Part shown: piece by piece, positions 9,163 to 19,423 of the stretch
Layout: each line of letters opens with the position of its first letter
Position numbering within the stretch: the stretch's first letter is position 1
From: Candidatus Arthromitus sp. SFB-mouse-Japan
GTDB taxonomy: Bacteria; Bacillota; Clostridia; Clostridiales; Clostridiaceae
Direction of reading: 5' to 3'
Assembly: GCF_000270205.1 (NCBI RefSeq)
Contig: NC_015913.1
Span: 1,530,001-1,562,000, forward strand
DNA: 32,000 bases
The notes under the pieces: generated by a model
Seen by the model: only the letters and a program-made list of their open reading frames with translations
The model's database searches: none
What the model was told of the DNA's origin: nothing
Made by a program: the position numbers and the translations under genes

Positions 9163-9351
9163 ACCTATATACCCCTATATACCCCTTAAAATTAAATCTC
9201 TAAAAACTAATATTTATTATGCTCAATTAAAAACATTTTAAACAAATAAAGGAGCTAGGTGACTCTACCCCTTAAATATTATTTCATATATTTAAATTTC
9301 CTATAGAATTCAAATGTAATTAGTATGTTATAAAAACAGTACTTTTCCATT

Positions 9352-9399
9352 TACATAAAAAAATAAAAAAACTCCTAAAAGATATTCATTTTTTAGGAG
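9352..9399 (-). terminator. Rho-independent terminator after lysS
   Basis: On the minus strand: CTCCTAAAA, a 10-nt loop, then TTTTAGGAG, followed by TTTTTTATTTTTTT. Confidence 0.75.
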
Positions 9400-9442
9400 C
9401 TACATAAATCTCAAACTAAATTAAATAATTAAATTGTATTAT

Positions 9443-10915
9443 CTAATCATTCCTTAAGGGTTTCATTGTAGGAAATAATATTACATCTCTTATAGAATAA
9501 GAATTCGTCAAAAACATTACAATCCTATCAATTCCAATTCCAAGACCACCCGTTGGAGGCATACCATACTCAAGAGAATACATAAAATCCTCATCTATAG
9601 AATAAGCCTCATCATCTCCAAGTTCACGCTCAAGCTCTTGCTTTAAAAATCTTTCCCTCTGAACTATAGGGTCATTAAGTTCTGAATACGCATTGCATAT
9701 TTCACGACCATATATGAATCCTTCAAATCTTTCAGTAAAATCATCATCTCCTCTTTTCTTTTTCGTAAGTGGAGATATTTCAACTGGATAATCGATAATA
9801 AAAGTTGGCTGTATTAATTTATTCTCCACATATTTTTCAAACATTGCATTTAAAATTTCACCTTTAGAACAATCTTTAAGATCCTTTTTAAACTCAAGCT
9901 CATGTTCTTTTGCAATATTATAAGAATCTTCTATTGTTAAAGTTTTAAAATCAATACCAGAATATTCTCTTACAGCATCAAGCATAGTTATCCTTCTCCA
10001 CGGAGGAGTAAAATCAATCTCTGTTCCCTGATACTCAACTTTCATACTTCCACAAACTTTTAAACACACGCTAGATATTAAATCTTCTGTAAGTCTCATC
10101 ATATCATTATAATCAGAATAAGCTTCATAAAGCTCAATCATAGTAAATTCTGGATTATGTTTTATATCGATTCCCTCATTCCTAAAATTTTTACCCATTT
10201 CATAAACCTTATCAAATCCAGAAACTATAAGCCTTTTTAAATAAAGTTCTGTTGCAATTCTCAAATACATATCCATATTAAGCGTATTATGATGAGTTAA
10301 AAACGGACGCGCCGCAGCACCTCCTGCAATTAAGGAAAGTATTGGAGTTTCAGCCTCTAAATACCCTCTATTATCTAAAAACAACCGTATCTCAGATATT
10401 ATCTTGCTTCTCTTTAAAAAAACATCTTTAACATCCCTATTCATTATTATATCTATTTCTCTGTGTCTATATCTTAAATCCGGATCTGTTATACCGTGAA
10501 ACTTCTCTGGAAGAACTCTTAGAGATTTTGATATCAAATCAATCTTTAAAACTCTTATAGTAACTTCTCCAACTTTAGTTTTAAACACTTCACCTTCAAC
10601 CCATATGATATCACCTATATCATAAGAAAAAACGCTATCTAACGTCTCTTTACCCACTATATCTACTTTAATAAAAATTTGAATCTGCCCTAATGTATCC
10701 TGTATAGTTATAAATCCTGCCTTTCCTTGTCCTCTCTTAGTCATAATTCTTCCAGCAAGCTTTACAATCTTACCTTCATAATCTAAATAATTATCAATTA
10801 TATTCTTAGAATAATCTGAAACATCTACCTTATAAACATTAAATGGATCCATTCCTTTTTCTTGAAGATCACTGAGTTTATTACGGCGTATTATCTCTTG
10901 TTCATTAAATTCCAT
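9443..10915 (-). CDS. lysS: Lysine--tRNA ligase (class II)
   Basis: 490 aa with an OB-fold N-terminal domain and class II core motifs ([19 protein letters not shown]). GGGGAG SD. Lies 22 nt downstream of greA. Confidence 0.95.
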   Translation of the reverse strand: MEFNEQEIIRRNKLSDLQEKGMDPFNVYKVDVSDYSKNIIDNYLDYEGKIVKLAGRIMTKRGQGKAGFITIQDTLGQIQIFIKVDIVGKETLDSVFSYDIGDIIWVEGEVFKTKVGEVTIRVLKIDLISKSLRVLPEKFHGITDPDLRYRHREIDIIMNRDVKDVFLKRSKIISEIRLFLDNRGYLEAETPILSLIAGGAAARPFLTHHNTLNMDMYLRIATELYLKRLIVSGFDKVYEMGKNFRNEGIDIKHNPEFTMIELYEAYSDYNDMMRLTEDLISSVCLKVCGSMKVEYQGTEIDFTPPWRRITMLDAVREYSGIDFKTLTIEDSYNIAKEHELEFKKDLKDCSKGEILNAMFEKYVENKLIQPTFIIDYPVEISPLTKKKRGDDDFTERFEGFIYGREICNAYSELNDPIVQRERFLKQELERELGDDEAYSIDEDFMYSLEYGMPPTGGLGIGIDRIVMFLTNSYSIRDVILFPTMKPLRND

Positions 10916-10937
10916 ATTCGTACTCCCCTTAAATTAT

Positions 10938-11417
10938 CTACTTCCTCTGTATTTTAACAATCTTATACTTGCAGTTTCCACCTGGAGTATTAACTATAAA
11001 TTCTTCATCTACTTTCCTTCCTATAATCTCTGCACCAACAGGCGACTCATTTGATATCTTATTTTCAAAAGTATTGGTCTCAGCCGACCCAACTATTGTA
11101 TATGTAACTTCCTCTTCAAATTCAAAATCATAAAGTGTAACTACAGATCCAATAGATACGACATCTGTTGAAATCTCACTTTCATCTATAAGTTCAATAT
11201 TTTTAAGTTTATTTTCTATCTCAGCAATTCTTCCTTCAACGAAAGCTTGTTCATTCTTAGCCTCATCATATTCTGAATTCTCACTTAAATCACCATATCC
11301 ACGAGCAACCTTAATCTTTTCTGTAACTTCTTTTCTTTTAATAGTTTTTAGATATTCAAGCTCTTCCTCTAATTTGCGCAAACCATCATTAGTAATTAGA
11401 TATTTCTTATCACTCAT
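10938..11417 (-). CDS. greA: Transcription elongation factor GreA
   Basis: 159 aa. The coiled-coil tip carries the acidic residues ([13 protein letters not shown]), followed by a GreA C-terminal domain. Confidence 0.95.
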   Translation of the reverse strand: MSDKKYLITNDGLRKLEEELEYLKTIKRKEVTEKIKVARGYGDLSENSEYDEAKNEQAFVEGRIAEIENKLKNIELIDESEISTDVVSIGSVVTLYDFEFEEEVTYTIVGSAETNTFENKISNESPVGAEIIGRKVDEEFIVNTPGGNCKYKIVKIQRK

Positions 11418-11469
11418 AAATACAATCTTCTCCTTTAATAAAAAATTACTAATAAAAAACTATTTGATA

Positions 11470-11499
11470 ATTATAAAATAATATTAGTTTGTGTGTCAA
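11470..11499 (-). promoter_or_regulatory. Sigma-A type promoter for greA-lysS
   Basis: The minus strand reads TTGACA, 18 nt, TATAAT. It lies immediately after the dusB stop, about 45 nt upstream of the greA ATG. Confidence 0.6.
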
Positions 11500-11504
11500 T
11501 GTAA

Positions 11505-12479
11505 TCAAGCTATATTCTTATATTCTTCCAACAAATTTAATATTTTATTAGGATCAGTCATTTTAAATATCTCACTTTTAAGTTCAGTCGCTCCGTGAAG
11601 TCCTTTAAGATACCAACCTATTTGCTTACGCATCCCAAACACTGCCACTCTCTCCTCTTCATATTTTAAAGCTTTATTATAATGTTCAATTAAATCGCTA
11701 ACAATAAATTCATGTGTTCTTACTTTAGGAATATACTTCTTACCTTCAAGCTTCGAATTTAAATAATTATTTAAATCTTCAAATATCCAAGGCCTACCAT
11801 GAGATCCACGGGCAACAGCTGCAAATCTACATCCAGTATGATCTAAAATATCAAATCCATCATTACAATTAAATATATCACCATTTGCAATGATAGGAGT
11901 TTTAACCATCTTATTAGCTTCTCTTATAACATCCCAATCTGCCTTCCCTTTATACATCTGCTTTGTATATCTACCATGTATTGTTATAAAATCAATATCA
12001 TTACATTCAAGTACTTTTATAACATCATAACAATTTATCTTATTTTCATAATATCCAATCCTTATCTTAACCGATAATGGCTTCTTTACTGCACTTCTCA
12101 ATTTATATGTTATCTCATCAACTTTCTTGAGATCGAGCGTAAGAGCAGACCCATCACCGTTTTTAATTATCTTTGAGGCAGGACATCCCATATTAACATC
12201 TAATATTTTTACATAATCAAGACTTGATATAATTTCACCTGCATGTACTAAATGCTCAGGATTACTCCCAAATATCTGAACTCCAACTTTCTCTTCCAAG
12301 TCACCCTTTTCAAATATTTTCTCAGTTTTATCACTTTTATAATAAAGTGCCGTTGAACTCACCATTTCTGTAAAATTTATCCCATCATGATACTTTACAC
12401 ACATCTCACGAAAAGCAATATTATTTACACCTGCCATCGGAGATAAAATAAATCTACTTTTAAATTCATCATATACCAT
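11505..12479 (-). CDS. dusB: tRNA-dihydrouridine synthase
   Basis: 324 aa with SPMAGV at the N-terminus, catalytic-Cys motif NMGCPASK, and a TIM-barrel Dus pattern. Confidence 0.9.
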   Translation of the reverse strand: MVYDEFKSRFILSPMAGVNNIAFREMCVKYHDGINFTEMVSSTALYYKSDKTEKIFEKGDLEEKVGVQIFGSNPEHLVHAGEIISSLDYVKILDVNMGCPASKIIKNGDGSALTLDLKKVDEITYKLRSAVKKPLSVKIRIGYYENKINCYDVIKVLECNDIDFITIHGRYTKQMYKGKADWDVIREANKMVKTPIIANGDIFNCNDGFDILDHTGCRFAAVARGSHGRPWIFEDLNNYLNSKLEGKKYIPKVRTHEFIVSDLIEHYNKALKYEEERVAVFGMRKQIGWYLKGLHGATELKSEIFKMTDPNKILNLLEEYKNIA

Positions 12480-12502
12480 CGTTTAATTTTCTCCTTATAA
12501 AC

Positions 12503-12537
12503 ATAAATAAAAAAGTCTTAGATAAAATCTAAGACTT
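12503..12537 (-). terminator. Rho-independent terminator after ftsH
   Basis: 10-bp stem (12513-12522 / 12528-12537) with a 5-nt loop, followed on the minus strand by TTTTTTATTTAT. Confidence 0.7.
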
Positions 12538-12541
12538 ACTT

Positions 12542-14347
12542 TTAAGAGTTTTTGAATAATTCTTCAAACTCTTCACCATCAAGCTTTTCTTTCTCTATTA
12601 GAGCCTTGGCAACTGCATGAAGTTTTGATATGTTCTCTGACAAAAGCGTTTGAGTTTTATTATACGCTTTATCTACTATTTTTTTAATTTCTTTATCAAT
12701 TTTAGATCCTAGCTCTTCTGAAAAATTTCTACTCTTTGTGAAATCTCTTCCCAAAAATACTTCATTATCTCCTCCAAAAGAAATAGTTCCAATTTCTTCA
12801 CTCATACCATATTCCATAACCATTTTTCTTGCGATGTTACTAACTCTATCAATATCATTTTTAGCTCCTGTGCTTATATCGCCTAGAACTAATTTCTCGG
12901 CAACACGACCACCTAAAAGTGATATCATATCTTTCTCAAGGTCAGACTTAGAAATATAATCCTTATCCTCATCAGGTAAATGCATAGTGTATCCACCTGC
13001 CATACCTCTTGGTATAATACTTATCTCATGAACTTTATCATATTTATCTAACAATCTAGATACAACCGCATGACCAGCTTCATGATAAGCTGTAAGCTTA
13101 TTAGTTTTCTCAGTCCTAATCTTACTTTTCTTCTCAGGACCAGCTAATACCCTAGTTATAGCTTCTTCCATTTCATTCATAGTTATAAATTTCTTGCCAC
13201 GTCTAACTGCTAATAAAGATGCTTCATTAGTTAAATTTTCAAGATCAGCTCCAGTAAATCCAGGAGTTCTTTTAGCAAGTACATCTAATTTAATTTCCTC
13301 TGATAAAGGTTTATTTTTAACATGTATCTTAAGTATTTCTTCTCTACCCTTAACATCAGGTGCTCCAACTATTATTTGTCTATCAAATCTTCCTGGTCTT
13401 AATAATGCAGGATCTAATATATCAGGTCTATTTGTTGCTGCAATTATTATTATTCCCTCATTTACTCCAAATCCATCCATTTCTACAAGTAACTGATTCA
13501 AAGTTTGCTCTCTTTCATCATGTCCTCCACCAAGACCTGCTCCTCTATGTCTACCTACAGCATCAATCTCATCTATAAATATAATACATGGAGAATTTTT
13601 CTTAGCTTCATTAAATAAATCTCTAACTCTTGATGCACCTACACCAACAAACATCTCAACAAAGTCTGAACCAGATATACTGAAAAACGGTACTCCTGCT
13701 TCACCAGCAACAGCTTTTGCAAGAAGGGTCTTACCAGTTCCAGGTGGTCCAAATAACAACACACCTTTAGGAATCCTTGCTCCCATTTCTATATACTTCC
13801 TAGGTTCTCTTAAGAAATCTACAATTTCTTCAAGCTCCTCTTTTTCTTCTTTAGCACCAGCAACCTCTTTAAAAGTTATCTTTTTAGTATCTTGAGTAGC
13901 CATTTTAGCCCTACTCTTACCAAAATTCATAACTCCTCGTCCGCTTCCTCCACCTTGGGATTGTTGCATAAATAAAAACCACAAACCAAGGGACATTACA
14001 ATAATTATTAAAGACGGAACAAATTGAAGCCAAGCAAAAACATTGCTTTGTTCTTCGTATAATTCAACTACTTCTCCATTTTTCGGATATTTATCAAATA
14101 ATAAATTTAATCTATTTTGAGGTACAACAGTAACAAATTGCTCTCTGTTTTTAAGGCTACCCTCTATAGCCAAACTTCCTTCTCTTATTTTTATACTTTG
14201 TACTTCATCATTTATCCAATACTGTTCAAACTTACTATATGGTATAGTTTTATCTGTCCTTGTAGATTCAAAATAAAAAAGTCCAACTATAAAAATCATA
14301 ACAACTATTACAATCCAAGTTGTTATATTCGAAAAGCTTTTCTTCAT
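12542..14347 (-). CDS. ftsH: ATP-dependent zinc metalloprotease FtsH
   Basis: Contains an N-terminal TM helix, Walker A GPPGTGKT, Walker B IIFIDEID, the SRH region, and zinc motif HEAGHA. The ATG at 14347 follows the strong SD GGGAGGGGGG; the track start at 14398 is unlikely. Confidence 0.95.
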   Translation of the reverse strand: MKKSFSNITTWIVIVVMIFIVGLFYFESTRTDKTIPYSKFEQYWINDEVQSIKIREGSLAIEGSLKNREQFVTVVPQNRLNLLFDKYPKNGEVVELYEEQSNVFAWLQFVPSLIIIVMSLGLWFLFMQQSQGGGSGRGVMNFGKSRAKMATQDTKKITFKEVAGAKEEKEELEEIVDFLREPRKYIEMGARIPKGVLLFGPPGTGKTLLAKAVAGEAGVPFFSISGSDFVEMFVGVGASRVRDLFNEAKKNSPCIIFIDEIDAVGRHRGAGLGGGHDEREQTLNQLLVEMDGFGVNEGIIIIAATNRPDILDPALLRPGRFDRQIIVGAPDVKGREEILKIHVKNKPLSEEIKLDVLAKRTPGFTGADLENLTNEASLLAVRRGKKFITMNEMEEAITRVLAGPEKKSKIRTEKTNKLTAYHEAGHAVVSRLLDKYDKVHEISIIPRGMAGGYTMHLPDEDKDYISKSDLEKDMISLLGGRVAEKLVLGDISTGAKNDIDRVSNIARKMVMEYGMSEEIGTISFGGDNEVFLGRDFTKSRNFSEELGSKIDKEIKKIVDKAYNKTQTLLSENISKLHAVAKALIEKEKLDGEEFEELFKNS

Positions 14348-14388
14348 TATTTTAACCCCCCTCCCTTTATCAAAATAAATACTATAAA

Positions 14389-14417
14389 ATTTTATCACAC
14401 CAATTTTTATTAAACAA
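14389..14417 (-). promoter_or_regulatory. Candidate sigma-A promoter for ftsH
   Basis: The minus strand reads TTGTTT, 17 nt, then an extended -10 TGaTAAAAT. It lies about 40 nt upstream of the ftsH ATG. Confidence 0.4.
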
Positions 14418-14509
14418 GTCAGTTGTTTTATTATTTATCAAGTTATTTTATTTTTAGATATCTTCTTATTTACTAATCATTCCAATATAAAATATTACCA
14501 ATTTTAAAT

Positions 14510-15049
14510 TTATTTATACACACTCTCATCAAGCACACCTATGTATGATAAATTTCTATATTTTTCAGCATAATCAAGCCCATATCCAACTACAAATTCA
14601 TTTCCAACTTTAAATCCTTTATATTTAGCATCTATATTTACCTTTCTACCACTAGGCTTATCCAATAACGTTATTATTTCAACACTTTTAGCACCCTTGC
14701 CTTTTATATAATTACAAATATAATTTAGCGTTATTCCCGTATCTATAATATCCTCAACAATTAATATATCCTTTCCCTCAACAGACATATCTAAATCTTT
14801 CATTATTCTAACTTGTCCTGAACTAATAATTGAATTACCATAAGACGATACACCCATAAAATCAATTTCAACATATGTATTTATATATTTCATGAGATCA
14901 GCCATAAACATCAAAGACCCCTTTAATATACACACAAGGAGTAACTCTCTATCTTTATAATCTCTACTTATTTCTTCTCCCAATAATTTAACCTTACCTT
15001 GAATTTGTTCCTTACTTATTAATATATTTTTAATATCATTATTTATCAT
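14510..15049 (-). CDS. hpt: Hypoxanthine phosphoribosyltransferase
   Basis: 179 aa with the PRPP-binding motif ILIVEDIIDTGITL. It overlaps the tilS 3' end by 11 nt, the conserved tilS-hpt arrangement. Confidence 0.95.
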   Translation of the reverse strand: MINNDIKNILISKEQIQGKVKLLGEEISRDYKDRELLLVCILKGSLMFMADLMKYINTYVEIDFMGVSSYGNSIISSGQVRIMKDLDMSVEGKDILIVEDIIDTGITLNYICNYIKGKGAKSVEIITLLDKPSGRKVNIDAKYKGFKVGNEFVVGYGLDYAEKYRNLSYIGVLDESVYK

Positions 15050-16496
15050 AAATATTCTCCTCTATAAAATCTAATTTTATTTTCAATAATTTTTTACTAT
15101 CAGGCATTACCTTATAATCATTACTATTTCTAACTCCAACCACCCAAACAATTGTATTATCAAAGCAAATTAAAGGTATACAACTCCTATTAAAAACCTT
15201 CTCATTTATAAAAAAATCTTTTAATTTTTTGTCCCTGTCCATCCCAAAAGGTTTAAATAAATCTCCTATCTTCTTATTCCTAATAGCTATAGATTCTTTC
15301 AAATCATCTATAGAGAAATATTTTTCATAATTTAAAGTAAAATCTAAGTTGCAATTTTGATTCTCTAATACTTTAAAGCTAATTCTTAACTTTGAACCTA
15401 AAAACTTAACATTTCGCTCTATGAAATTCACTTCTCCAAGTTTAAGTTTTAATATATCATTTCTATCAATTAATTCTAAAAATGAATATTCAACATCCAA
15501 AATGTTTGGAGCTTTACTTAAAATTTTTATACATTTATTATAATTTACAACAAATAAATTTTTCTTAATCTGTATGATCTTATATACATTTTTAATTGAT
15601 AAATCTTCTATGTACTTTATATGTTTAAAACTTACATTATTAATATGTCCACAAAACATAAAAATACATTGTCTAATAAGTCTATATAAAATAGATTTAT
15701 GTAATGTAAATACATTTTTTTGTATAGTTATACAATCACAATCAATACTTACGTATTTATCTATAAAACGTTTTACAATATCTGAAAAATATTCATTGTC
15801 ATAGCTCGAGATTTCTTTTAAGGTTAAAATATTTTTAGATATATCCTTAGAGAAACTTTCATTTATTTTTGGAATAAGCGATAGTCTAATTTTATTTCTT
15901 AAATAATCTTCAGACAAATTACTCTTATCTATTATGAACTCTATATTATTGTTATTTAAATACCTCTCTATATCATTTAATCTACTTAAACACAATATAG
16001 GTCTTATATAAAAACCATCTCTTTTTACTTTTATTCCCTCTATTCCTTCTATTCCAGTACCATTAAAAATTCTCATAATAATAGTCTCAACATCATCATC
16101 AGCGTGATGTGCTAAAGCACATTTTGTTATGATACCTTTATTTTTCAAATTGGAAAATATATTATATCTAGTTTCCCTCCCTCCCATCTCTACAGATATC
16201 TTTCGTTCATTACTGTATTTTAAAACATCAACTCTAAATGATTTAAACTCAATATTATTTTTTATACAAAAATTTTCAGAGAACTTCTCATCTAAATATG
16301 AATCGTTCCCTCTTAACATGTGATTTACATGAATTGCTAAAATCTTAAATCCTAAAGATAAAGATAATTTATTCAAAACATATGTCATAAAAACAGAATC
16401 GGCTCCACCAGATAAAGCGCATCCCACAATTTCCCCATAGGAAATTAAATCATTTGAGATAATAAAATTCTTAATTTTCTTTATAGTATCATCCAT
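15039..16496 (-). CDS. tilS: tRNA(Ile)-lysidine synthase
   Basis: Contains the PP-loop SGGADS and a TilS C-terminal domain. The ATG at 16496 follows GGAGAA; the track start at TTG 16517 is less likely. Confidence 0.9.
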   Translation of the reverse strand: MDDTIKKIKNFIISNDLISYGEIVGCALSGGADSVFMTYVLNKLSLSLGFKILAIHVNHMLRGNDSYLDEKFSENFCIKNNIEFKSFRVDVLKYSNERKISVEMGGRETRYNIFSNLKNKGIITKCALAHHADDDVETIIMRIFNGTGIEGIEGIKVKRDGFYIRPILCLSRLNDIERYLNNNNIEFIIDKSNLSEDYLRNKIRLSLIPKINESFSKDISKNILTLKEISSYDNEYFSDIVKRFIDKYVSIDCDCITIQKNVFTLHKSILYRLIRQCIFMFCGHINNVSFKHIKYIEDLSIKNVYKIIQIKKNLFVVNYNKCIKILSKAPNILDVEYSFLELIDRNDILKLKLGEVNFIERNVKFLGSKLRISFKVLENQNCNLDFTLNYEKYFSIDDLKESIAIRNKKIGDLFKPFGMDRDKKLKDFFINEKVFNRSCIPLICFDNTIVWVVGVRNSNDYKVMPDSKKLLKIKLDFIEENIYDK

Positions 16497-16540
16497 AAAA
16501 TTTCTCCAAATATGCAATTTAATCTAATTATAAGGATTTT

Positions 16541-16583
16541 TCAAAAAAAAATCAAAAGCCCTTTTATATTTAATAAAAGGGCT
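16541..16583 (-). terminator. Rho-independent terminator after spoIIE
   Basis: 10-bp stem AGCCCTTTTA / TAAAAGGGCT, followed on the minus strand by TTTGATTTTTTTT. Confidence 0.75.
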
Positions 16584-16595
16584 CTTATTTTTAAT

Positions 16596-18950
16596 TTAAT
16601 TTTTGTATACTTTAGATACTATTACACTAACATCATCTTGAAAAGATCCTGAATTTAATATTTTAAATTCTCTTAAAATCTCTTCACATAATTTATCAGG
16701 AGATGATACATCACATCTCTTAAGAAATGTATATAGCCACGCTTTATTTGATAAATCCTTAAAATGAATAAGTCCATCTGTTAAATGAACTAAAATATCT
16801 CCGCACTCAAGATCAAATTCAGAGCTTAATATTCTTATATCATCATCTAAAGAGTTATCATTTAAATCCCTTTCATTTCCTAATATAAATACCTCATTAT
16901 TCCTTTTTATATATGTAATAATAGATGAAAATTTTAAATAATTCATTTTCCCTGTATACAAATCAATTCTAGCAAAATCTATAGTAGATATTGCCTCATC
17001 TCTAAAAAATTTAAGGGAAATTATTGATATTATTTCTTTAATACAAGATGAAAGAGATAAACTTGTCCTTACAAATTTATATATTAAATCAACTGTAAAC
17101 TTACTTTTATTATAAGCCTCAATTCCAGATCCTATCCCATCACTCAATATAATTAAATAATCATCATTAATACTATTAGTACAAATATAACTATCTCCAT
17201 TTTTATCTTTTTTAGATAATTGAAGGCAATGAGATACAACATTATAACAATACTTCTCAACATATGTAACAATTATTTCATCATTAGAATTTATATATTT
17301 AGATGGTTCATCTTGTATAATCATCTCTCTATCTAAAGCAATATTTATAATATCTAACAAATCATTTTTATACTCTATAAATATATTATAAGGAAGAATT
17401 ATCTTAACTTTTAATCGTTCGCTTTCTTCGTAACAAATAATATCAAAATATTTTATGTTAAATTTATTAAATTTACTTATAAGACTCTTTTCATAATTAA
17501 CCTTTATTACAATGTCTTTTTTAACCTCTTTAATACTCTGATTAATTATATTGTGAAGATTTTTTAATTCATAAGACAACATATCTTGAGCTTCATAAAT
17601 CCTTTCTTCATAAACCTTCTGTATATTATAAAAATTAGAAATCTTATATAACTCATTTTTGAATTTATCTTTCCTTATACATAAACCATCTATATATTCT
17701 GTTAAACTTTTATCACCCTGTATAAAATTATCAAGACTTAAAAGCATCTCTGTTCTAACTTTATTAAAATTAACTTTCCAACATTTATTAACATTACTAC
17801 ATTCTCCACAAACACTTTCTGCAAGTATTTCAATATATATTTTCTTATCTAAAATTTTATATTTGAAATTGACATTAGATACTATCATATCTGACAATTC
17901 CTTAATTATATCATTAAACTCATTTATCTTTTGTATTCTCATATCAAGAGTATTAAATAATCTCTTATTTGTATAAAATTCCTTTTTATATTCTTCATTA
18001 AAATACATGGTTATCTTCATCAAATAACTTTTAGGAACAACATCAAATATCACTGATCCTATAAATATCTCTATTAAAAATAAATTACTTCCAATATCCA
18101 TAGATGACATATTAGATAATTTTAATATTAATACACACACTATAGAAATAACAGATACAGTAAACCTTGATGATAAAGATAAAAACGAAGATACAGTTGC
18201 AATCACACTATATATAGCTATATACTCTGTAAAATTTCCATAAATAAATCCCATTATACTCCCAGAAAATACAGCACATATAACTCCAACTGACATTCCA
18301 TTTATGTAAGACATCATAAATACAAATAACACAATTAATATATTTGATAAATCAAGGTTAAAAATTTTAAACCCATTAATACCACAAAGAATTAAACATG
18401 TAGTTATTACCAAACATATTATATCTTCTTTTTTAAATATATAATTAGTATTAAAATAACTTATACTCTTAATAAATATGTCGAAAACATAATATAGTAC
18501 ATAAATAATCCCAACCTCTATAGTAATAGAAAATAAGGTAGGATATATAGAAAACCTCACATAAAAATATTTATATATATAACTTATCAAACAAATTAAA
18601 AGCAATATAAATAATCTGTGTTTCTTTTTAATGTTAAAAAATATTCCTAAAAATATCAGAATCATATTTATTATTATATATAAATCAAAAGAATCAAAAT
18701 TTGATCTTATACTAAAATATCCCAATATACTAAAAATACCTACAAGAACAGTTAAAACCTTATTATTTTTAAACATGATAATAGCAGTAAATGCTATACC
18801 AATAGGAGCTATATAAAATAGTATGTTTATACGACTTAATAATAATGCAATCAGAGCATATATTAAAAGTTTCTTAATATCCAATAAATTACTCAGCTTT
18901 TCATAATAATTTTCTCCATTATTATTGAATAGTTTTCCATTATAAATCAT
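16596..18950 (-). CDS. spoIIE: Stage II sporulation protein E (membrane PP2C phosphatase)
   Basis: 784 aa. The N-terminal third is multi-pass hydrophobic. The C-terminal PP2C motifs are ILSDGIGSG, HLTDGL and QDDVSVIV. Its position upstream of tilS-hpt-ftsH is conserved. Confidence 0.9.
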   Translation of the reverse strand: MIYNGKLFNNNGENYYEKLSNLLDIKKLLIYALIALLLSRINILFYIAPIGIAFTAIIMFKNNKVLTVLVGIFSILGYFSIRSNFDSFDLYIIINMILIFLGIFFNIKKKHRLFILLLICLISYIYKYFYVRFSIYPTLFSITIEVGIIYVLYYVFDIFIKSISYFNTNYIFKKEDIICLVITTCLILCGINGFKIFNLDLSNILIVLFVFMMSYINGMSVGVICAVFSGSIMGFIYGNFTEYIAIYSVIATVSSFLSLSSRFTVSVISIVCVLILKLSNMSSMDIGSNLFLIEIFIGSVIFDVVPKSYLMKITMYFNEEYKKEFYTNKRLFNTLDMRIQKINEFNDIIKELSDMIVSNVNFKYKILDKKIYIEILAESVCGECSNVNKCWKVNFNKVRTEMLLSLDNFIQGDKSLTEYIDGLCIRKDKFKNELYKISNFYNIQKVYEERIYEAQDMLSYELKNLHNIINQSIKEVKKDIVIKVNYEKSLISKFNKFNIKYFDIICYEESERLKVKIILPYNIFIEYKNDLLDIINIALDREMIIQDEPSKYINSNDEIIVTYVEKYCYNVVSHCLQLSKKDKNGDSYICTNSINDDYLIILSDGIGSGIEAYNKSKFTVDLIYKFVRTSLSLSSCIKEIISIISLKFFRDEAISTIDFARIDLYTGKMNYLKFSSIITYIKRNNEVFILGNERDLNDNSLDDDIRILSSEFDLECGDILVHLTDGLIHFKDLSNKAWLYTFLKRCDVSSPDKLCEEILREFKILNSGSFQDDVSVIVSKVYKN

Positions 18951-18975
18951 TACTTCACCTTTAAAATAATTCCAA

Positions 18976-19010
18976 TTTTTGTAAATAATTATATCACTTA
19001 TTTACAAAAA
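18976..19010. promoter_or_regulatory. Perfect 13-bp inverted repeat (9-bp spacer) over the predicted spoIIE -10 region
   Basis: TTTTTGTAAATAA (18976-18988) and TTATTTACAAAAA (18998-19010) are exact reverse complements. On the minus strand a TATAAT sits at 18993-18988 inside the element, about 35 nt upstream of the spoIIE ATG. Confidence 0.5.
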
Positions 19011-19040
19011 AACATATTAATTTAATGTTAAGTAATTCCA

Positions 19041-19078
19041 TAAAAAACTAAAAAAGAACAACCAAGAATGGTTGCTCT
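19041..19078 (-). terminator. Rho-independent terminator after the tRNA cluster
   Basis: Stem 19055-19064 / 19069-19078 (9 of 10 positions pair) with a 4-nt loop, followed on the minus strand by TTTTTAGTTTTTT. Confidence 0.6.
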
Positions 19079-19092
19079 TAAATATTCGATAA

Positions 19093-19169
19093 TGGTAGCG
19101 GAAATAGGACTCGAACCTACGACACACCGGGTATGAACCGATTGCTCTAGCCAACTGAGCTATTCCGCC
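19093..19169 (-). tRNA. tRNA-Met (CAU), elongator type
   Basis: Hand-folded cloverleaf GGCGGAATAGCTCAGTTGGCTAGAGCAATCGGTTCATACCCGGTGTGTCGTAGGTTCGAGTCCTATTTCCGCTACCA. The anticodon loop UUCAUAC resembles elongator Met, not tRNA-Ile2 or the initiator. CCA is encoded. Confidence 0.85.
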
Positions 19170-19173
19170 AAAA

Positions 19174-19249
<76 letters not shown>

Positions 19250-19255
19250 ATAATA

Positions 19256-19344
19256 TGGTGCTGAAGACCGGACTCGAACCGGTACGGTATTTTAGTACCG
19301 CAGGATTTTAAGTCCTGTGCGTCTGCCAGTTTCGCCACTTCAGC
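19256..19344 (-). tRNA. tRNA-Leu (UAA), class II with a long variable arm
   Basis: GCTGAAGTGGCGAAACTGGCAGACGCACAGGACTTAAAATCCTGCGGTACTAAAATACCGTACCGGTTCGAGTCCGGTCTTCAGCACCA. The anticodon loop is CUUAAAA, the acceptor stem has 7 bp, and CCA is encoded. Confidence 0.9.
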
Positions 19345-19376
19345 TTATTTATTAAATTGTTATTTTCTACTTTGTT

Positions 19377-19405
19377 AGTATATATCTTTTTAAATTATAT
19401 GTCAA
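19377..19405 (-). promoter_or_regulatory. Sigma-A type promoter for the tRNA cluster
   Basis: The minus strand reads TTGACA, 17 nt, TATACT. It ends about 30 nt upstream of the tRNA-Leu 5' end. Confidence 0.6.
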
Positions 19406-19423
19406 TACTTTTTTAATATATTT

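Noticed and set aside
9255-9345. Small ORFs in the 9163-9442 gap. One is a 15-codon GTG ORF on the plus strand after AAAGGAG (starting at about 9259). The other is a 23-codon ATG ORF on the minus strand (MEKYCFYNILITFEFYRKFKYMK).
   Set aside because: They are very short. The minus-strand ORF has no SD and starts right after the lysS terminator. The plus-strand ORF has no promoter or terminator context. There is no way to support them without conservation or ribosome-profiling data.
19085-19092. A Spo0A-box-like heptamer (TATCGAA on the minus strand) upstream of spoIIE.
   Set aside because: It has one mismatch to TGTCGAA, and it lies between the tRNA-Met 3' end and the tRNA terminator, that is, upstream of a terminator relative to spoIIE. 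A single degenerate 7-mer in AT-rich DNA is not significant.
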